A stretch of 64,000 nucleotides of DNA from Bacteroidota bacterium (GCA_004322215.1 SCSM01000011.1:450697-514696); one strand, 5' to 3'. Shown: positions 18,417 through 28,580, counted from the stretch's first letter. The notes: a model not told the origin generated them from the letters alone. Made by a program: numbers and translations.

Positions 18417-19784
18417 TCATTCCACAATTTTTTTAAACTTCCCATAATTCCTGATATTTTCAAGATATTTGTCCGTCTTTGCTCTCTGTTTATATTGAGG
18501 AGCTATTTCGAGAGATTTCTCCAATGATAATAATGCCTTCGATTTATTTTTCTGTAATGAATAAATACATGCTCTGACATAATAAGCTCCTGCATCGTTT
18601 GATTTAAGCTCCAAAACTTTGTCAAAACATTTGAGTGATTCATTGTATTTATCCGCTTTGAAATATCCTATTGCGAAATTATACCAGGCACTCTTATTTT
18701 TTGGGTTCAGCTCAGTTGCTTTCTTATAATTATACATTGCATCATCATTCTTACCGATTGCAAGGTATAATGTTCCAAGGTTATTCCACGCATTGTCATT
18801 TAATGGATTAAGTGAAATTGCTTTTTGATATGCTTCAATGGCTTCTTTACTCTTTTTCATACTTAAAAATGTATTGCCGAGGTTATACCAGGTTCTGTCA
18901 TTATTGGGATTTATTTCCCTGGCTTTAAGAAAACTCTTAATTGCTTCTTCAGTTTCGCCTTTACTCGATAATGAAACACCCTTATTGTTCCAGTTGTTCT
19001 CACTTTTGGGATTTATCGCCAATGCCTTTTCCTGTGCAACAAGTGCATCATCGAACCTGCCGAGATTAGATAGCAAATTACCCATACCGTTCCATGCAAG
19101 CTCATACTTCGGATTATACTCAACTGCTTTATAATAGCATGTAAGTGCATCGTCGTACTTTTTCAGAATTGTAAAAAGCAGTCCTTTGTTATAATATGCA
19201 AAAACGAATTTTGGATTTATTGATAATGCTTTGTCGAATGCCTCCATAGCCAAATCATATTCTCCGATGGCTGATAAATCAATGCCTTTATTTGACCACG
19301 CACTATCATAATCAGGATAAATTTTGATTGCTTCATTGAATGACTGAATTGCCTCCTGATGTTTCCCCATATTTGAAAGTATAGTTCCACGGCTATAAAA
19401 TGCTTTATAATTATTTGGATTCAATTTGATTGCTTCATTATATGATTGAATTGATTCCCCGAGTTTCCCAAGCTTACTTTCAATATTCGCTTTATTACAC
19501 CAGTTCATAGGAAGATTAGGCCTGATTTCGACTGCTTTTTTAAATGCTTCTAATGATTCATCAAATCTATTCATGGTAGCAAGCAGAATACCTTTATTAT
19601 TCCATGCACCCATATTGTTCGGGTCTTTGCTAATTATCTCATTCAGTTTGTTTAGCATCTCTGTTTTACCTTCTTGAGTTGGAGGTATTACTAATTGTTC
19701 CCCGGGTTTGTTGGTCTCCTGCTGGCATGAAGTAATTAATAGAACAACATATAATATCGCAATAAAGATTTTAAAATACTTCAT
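18417..19784 (-). CDS. TPR-repeat lipoprotein
   Basis: The likely start is the internal Met giving MKYFKIFIAILYVVLLITSC (a lipobox), because the ORF-track start overlaps the upstream gene by 44 nt. More than ten tandem TPR units follow (AW/NNKG.., ..EAI..Y..A..I.P). Confidence 0.8.
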   Translation of the reverse strand: MKYFKIFIAILYVVLLITSCQQETNKPGEQLVIPPTQEGKTEMLNKLNEIISKDPNNMGAWNNKGILLATMNRFDESLEAFKKAVEIRPNLPMNWCNKANIESKLGKLGESIQSYNEAIKLNPNNYKAFYSRGTILSNMGKHQEAIQSFNEAIKIYPDYDSAWSNKGIDLSAIGEYDLAMEAFDKALSINPKFVFAYYNKGLLFTILKKYDDALTCYYKAVEYNPKYELAWNGMGNLLSNLGRFDDALVAQEKALAINPKSENNWNNKGVSLSSKGETEEAIKSFLKAREINPNNDRTWYNLGNTFLSMKKSKEAIEAYQKAISLNPLNDNAWNNLGTLYLAIGKNDDAMYNYKKATELNPKNKSAWYNFAIGYFKADKYNESLKCFDKVLELKSNDAGAYYVRACIYSLQKNKSKALLSLEKSLEIAPQYKQRAKTDKYLENIRNYGKFKKIVE

Positions 19785-19785
19785 A

Positions 19786-20481
19786 TCAACCCCTACTCTT
19801 TTGTTTAATTCTTTCAATAGTTTTTTCATTTGTTAACTCTTTCAGTGCATCTTTTGCAATCCAACATGCTGATTTTGAATCCGGATATTTAACTAAAATA
19901 CTTTTGCATGTATTAATTGCTTTTTTATTAAGTTTCAAATTCCTTTTACCTATTTGTCTCAAAGCCCAATTGACTGATTTTTTCACAAAATTCCTTTCAT
20001 CGGTGGATGCTTCAATGATAAATGGAAATAATAAAACAAATTCATTATCATTGGCTTTTTTATGATGAAATGCAAGACAAGCCATCAAAGCAAAACCTGC
20101 CCTCTTCTCAAATTCTTCTTTTCTTTCACTCCATTCTTTAGCTTTCTTAAATGCAAAATCGGTTTTGTCGAGAAGATTCATCATCAATTGGTCGCAAACA
20201 TCCCATGAATCCAGGCCTTTAAGCCATGATTCAGCTTGTTTAATTGTCACTTCATTTGGAATATCAATAAGAGATGCAAGAATTCTTGCTTCATGAATTC
20301 CGCTTTCCCATATCGCTAAAGCAAGTTCGTGGTTTTTGCCAATAACCTTTGCTAATTTCCTGAGTGTCGTTACTGAAATACCAAGTGTCCCGTTTGGATT
20401 AATCCCAAAACGAGCCATTCCCTCAACATTATTCTTATTTCTTAATGATTTTAACTTCTTAATTATTTCCTGATAATTCAT
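19786..20481 (-). CDS. DNA alkylation repair enzyme (AlkD/AlkC-like HEAT-repeat glycosylase family)
   Basis: 231 aa with the family pattern ..MARFGINPNGTLGISVTTLRKLAKVIGKNHELALAIWESGIHEARILASLI.. Confidence 0.7.
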   Translation of the reverse strand: MNYQEIIKKLKSLRNKNNVEGMARFGINPNGTLGISVTTLRKLAKVIGKNHELALAIWESGIHEARILASLIDIPNEVTIKQAESWLKGLDSWDVCDQLMMNLLDKTDFAFKKAKEWSERKEEFEKRAGFALMACLAFHHKKANDNEFVLLFPFIIEASTDERNFVKKSVNWALRQIGKRNLKLNKKAINTCKSILVKYPDSKSACWIAKDALKELTNEKTIERIKQKSRG

Positions 20482-20580
20482 AATTTTGAAAAATGTTGTG
20501 AAAAATTTTTCTAATTTACTTATGAAACTTTTTAAAACGAAAATTCGTATTGGAAAATTAAATTAGATAATTGGTGGATT

Positions 20581-23448
20581 ATGCCGAGTATTGATAAAAA
20601 TCCAAACTTTTTCCGTCTATTGATTATTTCGATAGCCACTTATCTTGTCATTGTCTCTTCGATAAGTTTTATTCGCTCAGTTTCATCAACAACCGATGAA
20701 AATCAATGGATAACACTACCCTCGAATTTATATATTACAAAAGAATTAAATAATTTCTCAATTGATTCAAACAGTGTTGAAAAGTTTAAAGTTAATTTAT
20801 CAAAAATTAAACCCGGATTCCTTTTAAGGGATATTAACAACATTGTCGTTAAAGATACCATCCAATTACAAAAAGTTTTGAATTCCATAAAGGAATCAGA
20901 AATTAATACACTGGGTATAATAACAAATTCACTTCCAGTAAAATATTTTAAGATAAAAATAAAAAAAAGTAAAATACCCGGTGATTTTATATATGAAATG
21001 CCATCGAGTGTGTTGATTGTTAATGTATTTAAAGGTGGTGGTTCCGAACGCGCCGGTTTGAAAGCAGGTGATTTCATAATTTCAATAAACGGAATTAAAT
21101 TTAAAGATGGTTACGAAGCCGATAAATATTTGAGAGTTAATAGCAGTGAAGATATACTTCATTATAAAATTATCAGGAATGGAGAAATTCATGACTATGA
21201 TGTAGAACTCGCAAAAATCGGTGTTACATTTTATTTCCTCCTTATATTTTTCGTCAGTTTTGTCTTCTATGGATTCGGTTTGTTCATCGGTATCCGAAAA
21301 CCTGGAATTCAAGCAGCCAGATTAATTAGTTTATCATTTGTTCTTACAGGATTTTTGATTTATAACGGAATTGAAGGTCGTTATTTTCTTGATTTTGATA
21401 TTTTAACAATTCTCCAGTTTCTTACACTTTCTGCTTGCTCGGCAATTGGTTTGCCATTAATTATAAAACATCTTCTTTATTTCCCGAAAGAACATACTGA
21501 ATTGATTAGGAAACAATGGATTTGGATTGTTCCTTTTATATTGGGAAGTATTTATTTCGTTTCTTCAAATGTGTTCTATATATTCTTCCTGGATGTATAT
21601 AACATGACAGGATATTCCCAATTTTTCTTATTCTATTCCATTTCTGTAATTATTTACGGAATTGTCATCAGTATAATATATAGAAAATACTCTACTCCTG
21701 AAAATAAAAAAACAAGCAGGCTGGTTCGCTATGCATTTTATTTCATGTTGTTATGTTTCATAAATGCTGCTTTTTATGAAAGAATTTATTTTTTAATTTC
21801 TGAAAATCAATATATCAGAATGGCTCCTTTTCCCGAAATCGTGCCAATCTCATTATTATTGCTTGTACTCGCATATATTTATACAATCGGAAAATATTCG
21901 CTTCTCGATCTAACGATTAAAGTTCCTAAGAATATTCAATATATAATTATTTCTTCGCTATGGAAATTAACTTTCGTATGTATTATATTTCTTGTCATTT
22001 GGCTGCTGTCGAACTGGAAATTTAATTTTCCTAATATCAAACTTTCCGGTACATCAATTACTGTTTTGAATTCTCCTATCAGTCCCGATTTACAGGAAGT
22101 TTACAGTAAAATGTTAATCATATTCATATCTTTGTTCGGTGTTTTTATCTTTTGGTTATTGAATAAAGGTATTAGAAATGTTCTGGATAAAAAATTTCAT
22201 CAGATTAGATTTGATTATAGAAGGGCAGCAACTGAATTTTCAGAAATAATAAGCAAAACAACAATATCGGAGCTTTCAGCAAGTATTGCTAAAGAATTAA
22301 AGGATTTGTTCCATCTGAAAAGAATCGGTATAATTTTATTTAAAAACGAAGAAAAAGTCATAGCACAGGATTACATAGGATTTGATTATAAGCAATTCAG
22401 TGAACTATGCAAAGAATCCGGAAAAAAATTATCTGATACAATCAAGGAATTTAGCGGTGAATTTAGAATCGAATATTTGTATGAACCGATTAAAACTATT
22501 TTTCACGAATATAAATTCACATATATTGTTCCGATTAAAACAAAAGATAAAGTTGAAGGTGCTGTTCTGCTCGGAGAAAAATTATCTGAGAAATCATTCA
22601 CACGTGAAGACTTCAATTTCTTATCAGCCATATTAATGCAGGCATCAATTGCTATCGAGAATACATTTTTAGTTGAGGATTGCACACTCCAGGAAAGATT
22701 AAAACACGAACTCGAAATTGCCAGAAGAATTCAAATCGCTTCACTACCGCAGCGTGTCCCGGATATAAACGGTCTGGATATAGCCGGCATCTCGAAACCC
22801 GCACTTGAAGTCGGTGGTGATTTCTACGATTACCTCAACGGAACAAGAAATGAAATTACTGTCATTGTAGGTGATGTAAGCGGTAAAGGTACTTCGGCTG
22901 CTCTTTATATGTCAAAAATTCAGGGAATTCTGAGAACTTTGAATGAATTCATGCTAACACCTAAGGAATTATTTGTAAGAGCTAATCAACTATTATACAA
23001 ATACCTTGAAAAAAACACATTTGTTACTGTAATTGCTGCTAAGTTCGACTCTACCGTTAGAAAAGTAAACATAGCAAGAGCAGGTCATCTGCCTATCTAT
23101 TATTATAGTTCAAATGATAACAAAGTTTCAAAAATAATTCCCAAAGGAATATTACTCGGCAAAAGCACTAATGAAATTTTCAATGGTCATATTGAGGAAA
23201 TATTGATGGACTATCAACCGGGGGATGTATTTCTTTTTATTTCGGATGGTGTTATCGAAGCTCGTAATAACAGGTTCGATGATTTCGATGAACATCGCCT
23301 CGTTGATACTTTCAGAAAAAATATTGAATTCTGTTCAGAAAAAATCATGGATAACATTGTACAAACGGTATCTGAATTTATTTCGGAAGTCGAACCGTAC
23401 GATGACCTCACTGTTGTTGTTGTCAAAGCAAATTCTGATATGAATTGA
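20581..23448 (+). CDS. Multi-pass membrane protein with an N-terminal PDZ domain and a C-terminal PP2C/SpoIIE-type Ser/Thr phosphatase domain
   Basis: 955 aa. The PDZ signature is ..GGGSERAGLKAGDFIISINGIKF.., followed by about 8 TM helices and a GAF-like region. The C-terminal PPM signatures are ..GGDFYDY...VIVGDVSGKGTSAALYMS... and DGVIEARN. Confidence 0.75.
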   Translation: MPSIDKNPNFFRLLIISIATYLVIVSSISFIRSVSSTTDENQWITLPSNLYITKELNNFSIDSNSVEKFKVNLSKIKPGFLLRDINNIVVKDTIQLQKVLNSIKESEINTLGIITNSLPVKYFKIKIKKSKIPGDFIYEMPSSVLIVNVFKGGGSERAGLKAGDFIISINGIKFKDGYEADKYLRVNSSEDILHYKIIRNGEIHDYDVELAKIGVTFYFLLIFFVSFVFYGFGLFIGIRKPGIQAARLISLSFVLTGFLIYNGIEGRYFLDFDILTILQFLTLSACSAIGLPLIIKHLLYFPKEHTELIRKQWIWIVPFILGSIYFVSSNVFYIFFLDVYNMTGYSQFFLFYSISVIIYGIVISIIYRKYSTPENKKTSRLVRYAFYFMLLCFINAAFYERIYFLISENQYIRMAPFPEIVPISLLLLVLAYIYTIGKYSLLDLTIKVPKNIQYIIISSLWKLTFVCIIFLVIWLLSNWKFNFPNIKLSGTSITVLNSPISPDLQEVYSKMLIIFISLFGVFIFWLLNKGIRNVLDKKFHQIRFDYRRAATEFSEIISKTTISELSASIAKELKDLFHLKRIGIILFKNEEKVIAQDYIGFDYKQFSELCKESGKKLSDTIKEFSGEFRIEYLYEPIKTIFHEYKFTYIVPIKTKDKVEGAVLLGEKLSEKSFTREDFNFLSAILMQASIAIENTFLVEDCTLQERLKHELEIARRIQIASLPQRVPDINGLDIAGISKPALEVGGDFYDYLNGTRNEITVIVGDVSGKGTSAALYMSKIQGILRTLNEFMLTPKELFVRANQLLYKYLEKNTFVTVIAAKFDSTVRKVNIARAGHLPIYYYSSNDNKVSKIIPKGILLGKSTNEIFNGHIEEILMDYQPGDVFLFISDGVIEARNNRFDDFDEHRLVDTFRKNIEFCSEKIMDNIVQTVSEFISEVEPYDDLTVVVVKANSDMN

Positions 23449-23518
23449 ATTATACATGTTTTTTATTAATTTGTTATTTCATTGAAGAGTATTTATTAAT
23501 CAAATATAGAAGGTATAT

Positions 23519-24397
23519 ATGAAATTCATTACACTTTTTATTGCAGGGCTCCTTTTTTTAAACATCATTACATTTTCCCATGATAAATCAGAGTTTTGGG
23601 ATGAGTATTTCGAACCGGATTCATTGGCTGCTTTGTCAAACGAATATCCAACCATTGAATTGGATTATGGTATGGGAATACCAAGATTTAAAAATGATTA
23701 TATTGATAAAAATTTTACAGATATAAGTGTGGCGGAATTAAAACTCGGTTTCACAAAGAAAAGAGTTGACCTGTACAATCAATTCGCTATGAGTTATAAA
23801 TTTACTTATTTCCTTATTGGAACGATAACCTCAGATTGGACATCCGAAGATAAAATCGGTGATAATTTAAATTCCAACGTTTGGAGATTGGGATTGGGTA
23901 TGAGCAGGGGCTATGGATATAATATCTCAGAAGGTACATACTTTGTTTTATTCAATTCAGGAAATATCTTTTGGAGCAAAGTTGAATTTAAAGATAAAGA
24001 TGCAGCAACATCAATAACAAAAGACATATTAAAAACCTACGATAATGGAAATTTCAGATTTTGCCAATCTTATGAATCAGGATTCAAATTTCAAATGTTT
24101 TACCCTTTGTCAATAGGTGCATCTTATGAAAAAATTATTGTCTATCCGAGATTAATGACCTGGTATTGGCTCGGAAGCCAGATACTCACTGGAATTGGTC
24201 AGAGTACCATTGAATACTTCACTCATAAAGTTGCAAAAGCTTCACCCGGTGCAGGTTCTATTGTTCATTTCATTTTAATAAATGCTTATAATTATGGAGC
24301 TTACGAACTAAGAAAAAAATATATGAATTGGCCCTATCAAACTGCTTCACCATTAATGTATGATAACTGGAAAGTCGGATTAACTTTCGCATTTTAA
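23519..24397 (+). CDS. Hypothetical secreted protein, likely an outer-membrane beta-barrel. It is a paralog of the gene at 32293-33186.
   Basis: 292 aa with a signal peptide and a C-terminal ..GLTFAF. Shared blocks with the paralog are W.LG.G.S.GYGY...F.L.NSG.I.W.KV and MNWP..T.SP.MYDN...GL...F. Confidence 0.5.
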   Translation: MKFITLFIAGLLFLNIITFSHDKSEFWDEYFEPDSLAALSNEYPTIELDYGMGIPRFKNDYIDKNFTDISVAELKLGFTKKRVDLYNQFAMSYKFTYFLIGTITSDWTSEDKIGDNLNSNVWRLGLGMSRGYGYNISEGTYFVLFNSGNIFWSKVEFKDKDAATSITKDILKTYDNGNFRFCQSYESGFKFQMFYPLSIGASYEKIIVYPRLMTWYWLGSQILTGIGQSTIEYFTHKVAKASPGAGSIVHFILINAYNYGAYELRKKYMNWPYQTASPLMYDNWKVGLTFAF

Positions 24398-24413
24398 TAT
24401 CAGTAAAACTTTT

Positions 24414-24455
24414 TAAAAGTCATCCAAGCAAAGTCGAAGGATGACTTTTTTTATA
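24414..24455 (+). terminator. Rho-independent terminator (AAGTCATCC...GGATGACTT followed by TTTTTTAT)
   Basis: A 9-bp perfect stem with a T-run lies 17 nt after the stop of the preceding gene. Confidence 0.7.
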
Positions 24456-24562
24456 TTTTGAAATAACAATACTTATATATTCCTATAAAGCAATAATAAT
24501 TTAACTTCTTATTCGTAATTTTGTATGATTCTTTTTATACATTGTGAATAAATGGAGAATAA

Positions 24563-25510
24563 ATGACGGAACATCATAGTATTATAATTATTGGTTCAGG
24601 ACCGGCAGGGTTTACCGCAGCATTGTATGCAAGCAGAGCAAATATGGATAATGTTGTATTTGAAGGTAATCAACCCGGTGGACAATTGACGATAACAACA
24701 GAAGTTGAAAATTATCCTGGTTTCCCGGAAGGTATTATGGGACCGGAAATGATGGAAGTTTTCAGAAAACAGGCACATCGTTTCGGAGCTAAATCAATAT
24801 TTGAAACAATTACAAAAGTGGATTTTTCTCAGCGTCCGTTTCAGATTTGGTCTGACAGGAATAAGCACTACACAGCAGATGCAGTAATCATTTCTACTGG
24901 TGCGACTGCCCGAAGGCTTTATGCTAAGGGAGAAGACAAATTCTGGGGATTTGGTATTTCAGCTTGTGCAACCTGTGACGGTTTCTTTTATAAAAATCAG
25001 AAAGTATATGTAATAGGTGGAGGAGATACTGCTTTCGAAGAAGCAAACTATCTTACACGATTTGCATCATCTGTTACTATTATTCATCGTCGCCAGGAAT
25101 TCCGTGCCTCTAAAATTATGATTGACAGAGCAAAGAATAATCCTAAAATTGATTTTCTTCTCGATTCTGTCATTGATGAATATACAGGCGAAGAAAAAAA
25201 CGGGATGAAACGACTCACCGGTATTAATGTGAAAAATGTAAAATCCGGTGAAATTTCCTCACTTCCTGCTGATGGTGTATTCATCGCAATAGGTCATACA
25301 CCCAATACGGAAATTTTCAAAGGGATTTTGGATATGGATGAAAACGGTTATCTGCTAACAAAAGGCAAATCAACCTATACAAATATAGAAGGTATTTTTG
25401 CTTGCGGTGATGTTCAAGACCATATTTACCGACAGGCGGTTACAGCCGCAGGTACAGGATGTGCCGCAGCAATTGATGCAGAAAGATGGCTATCTGAACA
25501 AAATAAATAA
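24563..25510 (+). CDS. trxB: Thioredoxin-disulfide reductase
   Basis: 315 aa with FAD- and NAD-binding GxGxxG motifs and the redox-active CATCDG. Confidence 0.95.
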   Translation: MTEHHSIIIIGSGPAGFTAALYASRANMDNVVFEGNQPGGQLTITTEVENYPGFPEGIMGPEMMEVFRKQAHRFGAKSIFETITKVDFSQRPFQIWSDRNKHYTADAVIISTGATARRLYAKGEDKFWGFGISACATCDGFFYKNQKVYVIGGGDTAFEEANYLTRFASSVTIIHRRQEFRASKIMIDRAKNNPKIDFLLDSVIDEYTGEEKNGMKRLTGINVKNVKSGEISSLPADGVFIAIGHTPNTEIFKGILDMDENGYLLTKGKSTYTNIEGIFACGDVQDHIYRQAVTAAGTGCAAAIDAERWLSEQNK

Positions 25511-25521
25511 CTCTTTTCTAA

Positions 25522-25556
25522 TTGGGGCAATTCGTGAATTGCCCCTACATTTTTAA
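25522..25556 (+). terminator. Rho-independent terminator after trxB (GGGGCAAT-tcgtga-ATTGCCCC, then TACATTTTT)
   Basis: An 8-bp GC-rich stem followed by a T-tract. Confidence 0.65.
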
Positions 25557-25740
25557 ATTAAAATCACCCAATTTTTTACTAATTTCTTATAAATTAAACG
25601 AACATAATTAATCTATTTTTTATCTAATATTACCATTAAGAAATTAAATGGATTTAATTTAATAAGTAATAACAATTTGATAATTATAAAGTTACTCAAA
25701 TAATTGGCAGTTAAGCACTGTTTTATAATTTGAATATTAT

Positions 25741-25785
25741 CACGAAATTTTCGTGACGAAAAGTTCGTGACGAAATTATCGTGAT
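25741..25785 (+). repeat. Three direct repeats of (T/A)TCGTGACGAAA at a 14-bp period (TCGTGA at 25751, 25765 and 25779). The first is embedded in the palindrome CACGAAAttTTCGTG. This is a candidate operator or regulator binding array.
   Basis: Read directly from cacgaaattttcgtgacgaaaagttcgtgacgaaattatcgtga, about 90 nt upstream of the T9SS cargo gene at 25872. Confidence 0.5.
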
Positions 25786-25871
25786 TTTTTTGTTTTTATT
25801 AACTTTGAAACAAATTCTTATAAAAAGGATTATTTATATATAATATTTTTGCTTGTTATTTCGGAGGTCGT

Positions 25872-26681
25872 ATGAAATACTTCTTTACATTTGTTAGTAA
25901 AAGAAATTTTTTCACTTTGATTGTTATTTTTCTTGCTCTTTCACTTTTTGATTACCTTAATGCTGAAATTAAATACAAGAAAATTGACACCACTATCTCG
26001 GCACCGTTATTAAATCAAAGCCAGATGTACTATCTCGATATGAATGACGACGGTACGGCAGAATACTTCTTCAACCACGGTAATCAAATGGGAAACTTAG
26101 TTTGTGAAATTTATTCCAGTCCCCCATCCTATACAAATGAAATACTCGTTGAGAATAATATACCTTCTATGCTTGACTTTGGAGAAAGTATTTATGAAAA
26201 CTCTGTTGAATGGCTCAATACATATAACGGTATGAGTACAATCGCTCTTTATTTCCAGGGCAATTGGCCTGGTGCTACAGACAAGTATGTCGCCATTAGA
26301 TTCAAAATCAACAATGCTTACCATTATGGCTGGATTGGTATGGAAATTCCATCAGATTCGACATATATAAGAATTAAGGATTGTGCTTATGAAGATAATC
26401 CTAATGGATTAATAAGTGCAGGTGTTAAGGAAACAGGTATAAATGATGAGGAATCTAATTATTATAAATTTGTTTATACCGGGAATAAACTTTTTATTAA
26501 TTCACCAACAAATAATAATAATATTGTTATTGTTTATAACATCAATGGGAACCTATTATTATCTGACAAGGTAAATAAACTGGAACAGTACATTGATTTT
26601 GAAAATTTCAAAAATGGAATTTATATTGTTATCTTAAAAAATGATAACAAAATAATAGATTGTACAGTAATTATTAGATAA
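25872..26681 (+). CDS. Secreted protein with a T9SS (Por) C-terminal sorting domain; function unknown
   Basis: 269 aa with a signal peptide. The C-terminal ~80 aa (..IVIVYNINGNLLLSDKV...NGIYIVILKNDNKIIDCTVII) match the T9SS C-terminal pattern. Confidence 0.65.
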   Translation: MKYFFTFVSKRNFFTLIVIFLALSLFDYLNAEIKYKKIDTTISAPLLNQSQMYYLDMNDDGTAEYFFNHGNQMGNLVCEIYSSPPSYTNEILVENNIPSMLDFGESIYENSVEWLNTYNGMSTIALYFQGNWPGATDKYVAIRFKINNAYHYGWIGMEIPSDSTYIRIKDCAYEDNPNGLISAGVKETGINDEESNYYKFVYTGNKLFINSPTNNNNIVIVYNINGNLLLSDKVNKLEQYIDFENFKNGIYIVILKNDNKIIDCTVIIR

Positions 26682-26690
26682 ATATTACGA

Positions 26691-28580
26691 TTACTCCACT
26701 GCAAAGTCTGATTTAAATTTTTCTTTCAGATGTTTTGCTGTGTCTTCTGCATCCTTTTGGGTAGCATAACCCCAGAGCTTGATTTTATAAACAGGTATAT
26801 TATTTTCAATATACCTCTCGTAATATACCTGGTATTTTTTACCTTCCCATTGCTCCACTTTAGCAAGAGCATCATTTTCAGTATTCGATTCACCGGCAAT
26901 AATTTCATAAGGAAGAATCGAAGGGTCAAGCCACCTAACAGTAACACGCCTGTTATTCTGCTGCTGCCATTGTGTTGACTGAAGATAATAAATCGGCTTG
27001 GCATTTCCTTCGCCGCGAATTCGAATTTGCGACGGGGCTGCCCCCATACCGATTAATTTCCTTCTTGCTTCCTGTGCACGCTTCAAAGAAAGGTCTAAAT
27101 TATATTCATTTGTGCCTTCTGTACTGCTATGTCCCACAAGCTGTATAACAGAATTTGGATTGTCCTTCAGTACCTTTGCAAGTGATTTGAATATAACATC
27201 AAAATCAGTTTGAATCACAGTATCGCGATAACCGAAATATGCTAATGCCTGGTATTGCGAAAATTGCATTTCCGGTTTTAATATAATATTCGCTCTATCG
27301 GTTAATTTGGTTTTTCCTCTTTGATAAGTTAAAACCGACTTTATCATATTCTGCTCGAGCTGGCTCGAATAAACCGGCATCAATAATTCGTAATATCCCT
27401 TTTGTGAAAATGAAATCTCAAGTAATATATTTTCTATTTTGGAGATTTCATCATTGATAACCTGGTAATACCTGCCGCCTGTCAGTGAGCACAAATACTT
27501 CAGTGAATAGCTCTCCATCGCACTACCTACCCCGATTATATATACAGGTATATCCAAATCGTGAGCAAGCTTCCCGACATCATTCGATGAATAAATTATT
27601 GAAGAATTATCTGAACCGTATGTCAAAATAACAAGTAACTTATTTCTCTTAGAGCCGGATGCAAAAGGACTAACCGATGTATATGCGCATTTATATATCG
27701 AATTCAAACCTTGCGGTTGACCTAATGTTACTTTTTCAAATTCCTTGCTTGCATCGGTTGGATTTGTCAATGGAAATACTTCTGTTTTCGTCTGATTGAA
27801 ATATGAAAAAGATATTTTATCCGTTTTAGTCAGGTATGGTAAAAATGACCTGATTGCATCTATTACTTTGTCATTTCTCGTTGCCGCCGATGAATTATCA
27901 AGCAAAATATTTATGTCAATTCCTTCCGATGTGGAATAATCCTTTTCATTAAATGTAGTAACATCATAATTACTTGTTATAAGGTCTGATTGTAATGCCG
28001 CCGACCAATTAATTTCTCCCGGAAGCGATGATAATCCTGACATATAATTACCGAACCTGTCAAGTACCAAAGCACGTACAAGGAATTGGTCTTTAGTGTA
28101 AGGATATACTGTTCTCATAATTTTGATTTGATACGGACTCATTGTAGTGTCGGCTTTAATCACTCCTGCAAGATAATCGCTTTCGAGATAAGCAGGACTT
28201 AAACCGATGAAGTCCATTGTCGGGCCTCTGCCGTACTGTGGTTTCACTTTTTTCTTTGCTATGTCAATAACTGCATTTACTGCAAGAGAATCATCCCCCT
28301 TATAGGCAATAACCTGTACAATCTTAGTGCCTGTCGGCTTAATTTTATAGCTGTCATTTGGACTAAAGTTGTAGTTCAATCCCTTAATCTGCACCCTGTC
28401 TGCATTGGCAAATTCCCACTGCACATCAGCCGATTCTCCTTCCTCGACCTGGATATATCCTGTGAAGGATTTCACCTCAATCGGCTTTGTGGCACATGAT
28501 TGAAAGAACAATCCCAGCCATACTAATATTGCTGCAAACAAAAATGATACAGCTAACCGTTTATGCTTTTTACTCAGCAT
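26691..28580 (-). CDS. OmpA-family protein (vWA-like region, OmpA-like peptidoglycan-binding domain and a C-terminal SPOR-like region)
   Basis: 629 aa with a signal peptide. The OmpA signature is ..VIQLVGHSSTEGTNEYNLDLSLKRAQEARRKLIGMG.. Confidence 0.65.
   Translation of the reverse strand: MLSKKHKRLAVSFLFAAILVWLGLFFQSCATKPIEVKSFTGYIQVEEGESADVQWEFANADRVQIKGLNYNFSPNDSYKIKPTGTKIVQVIAYKGDDSLAVNAVIDIAKKKVKPQYGRGPTMDFIGLSPAYLESDYLAGVIKADTTMSPYQIKIMRTVYPYTKDQFLVRALVLDRFGNYMSGLSSLPGEINWSAALQSDLITSNYDVTTFNEKDYSTSEGIDINILLDNSSAATRNDKVIDAIRSFLPYLTKTDKISFSYFNQTKTEVFPLTNPTDASKEFEKVTLGQPQGLNSIYKCAYTSVSPFASGSKRNKLLVILTYGSDNSSIIYSSNDVGKLAHDLDIPVYIIGVGSAMESYSLKYLCSLTGGRYYQVINDEISKIENILLEISFSQKGYYELLMPVYSSQLEQNMIKSVLTYQRGKTKLTDRANIILKPEMQFSQYQALAYFGYRDTVIQTDFDVIFKSLAKVLKDNPNSVIQLVGHSSTEGTNEYNLDLSLKRAQEARRKLIGMGAAPSQIRIRGEGNAKPIYYLQSTQWQQQNNRRVTVRWLDPSILPYEIIAGESNTENDALAKVEQWEGKKYQVYYERYIENNIPVYKIKLWGYATQKDAEDTAKHLKEKFKSDFAVE

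Noticed and set aside
20581-23448. PDZ-TM-SpoIIE protein as part of a partner-switching (RsbU-like) system
   Set aside because: No anti-sigma antagonist or STAS/anti-sigma kinase genes are adjacent. The architecture is common in FCB-group genomes.
14271-25545. The recurring heptamer TTCGTGA in several hairpin loops or after hairpins (14271, 25532, 25750-25784)
   Set aside because: Outside the 25741-25785 array, the occurrences are within chance expectation for a 7-mer in 64 kb on two strands. They are not treated as a shared motif.
25741-25785. Possible mini-CRISPR array
   Set aside because: It has only three 12-nt repeat units at 14-bp spacing, with no spacer-sized unique segments (28-40 nt repeats would be expected) and no cas genes. 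It is better explained as a protein-binding site array.
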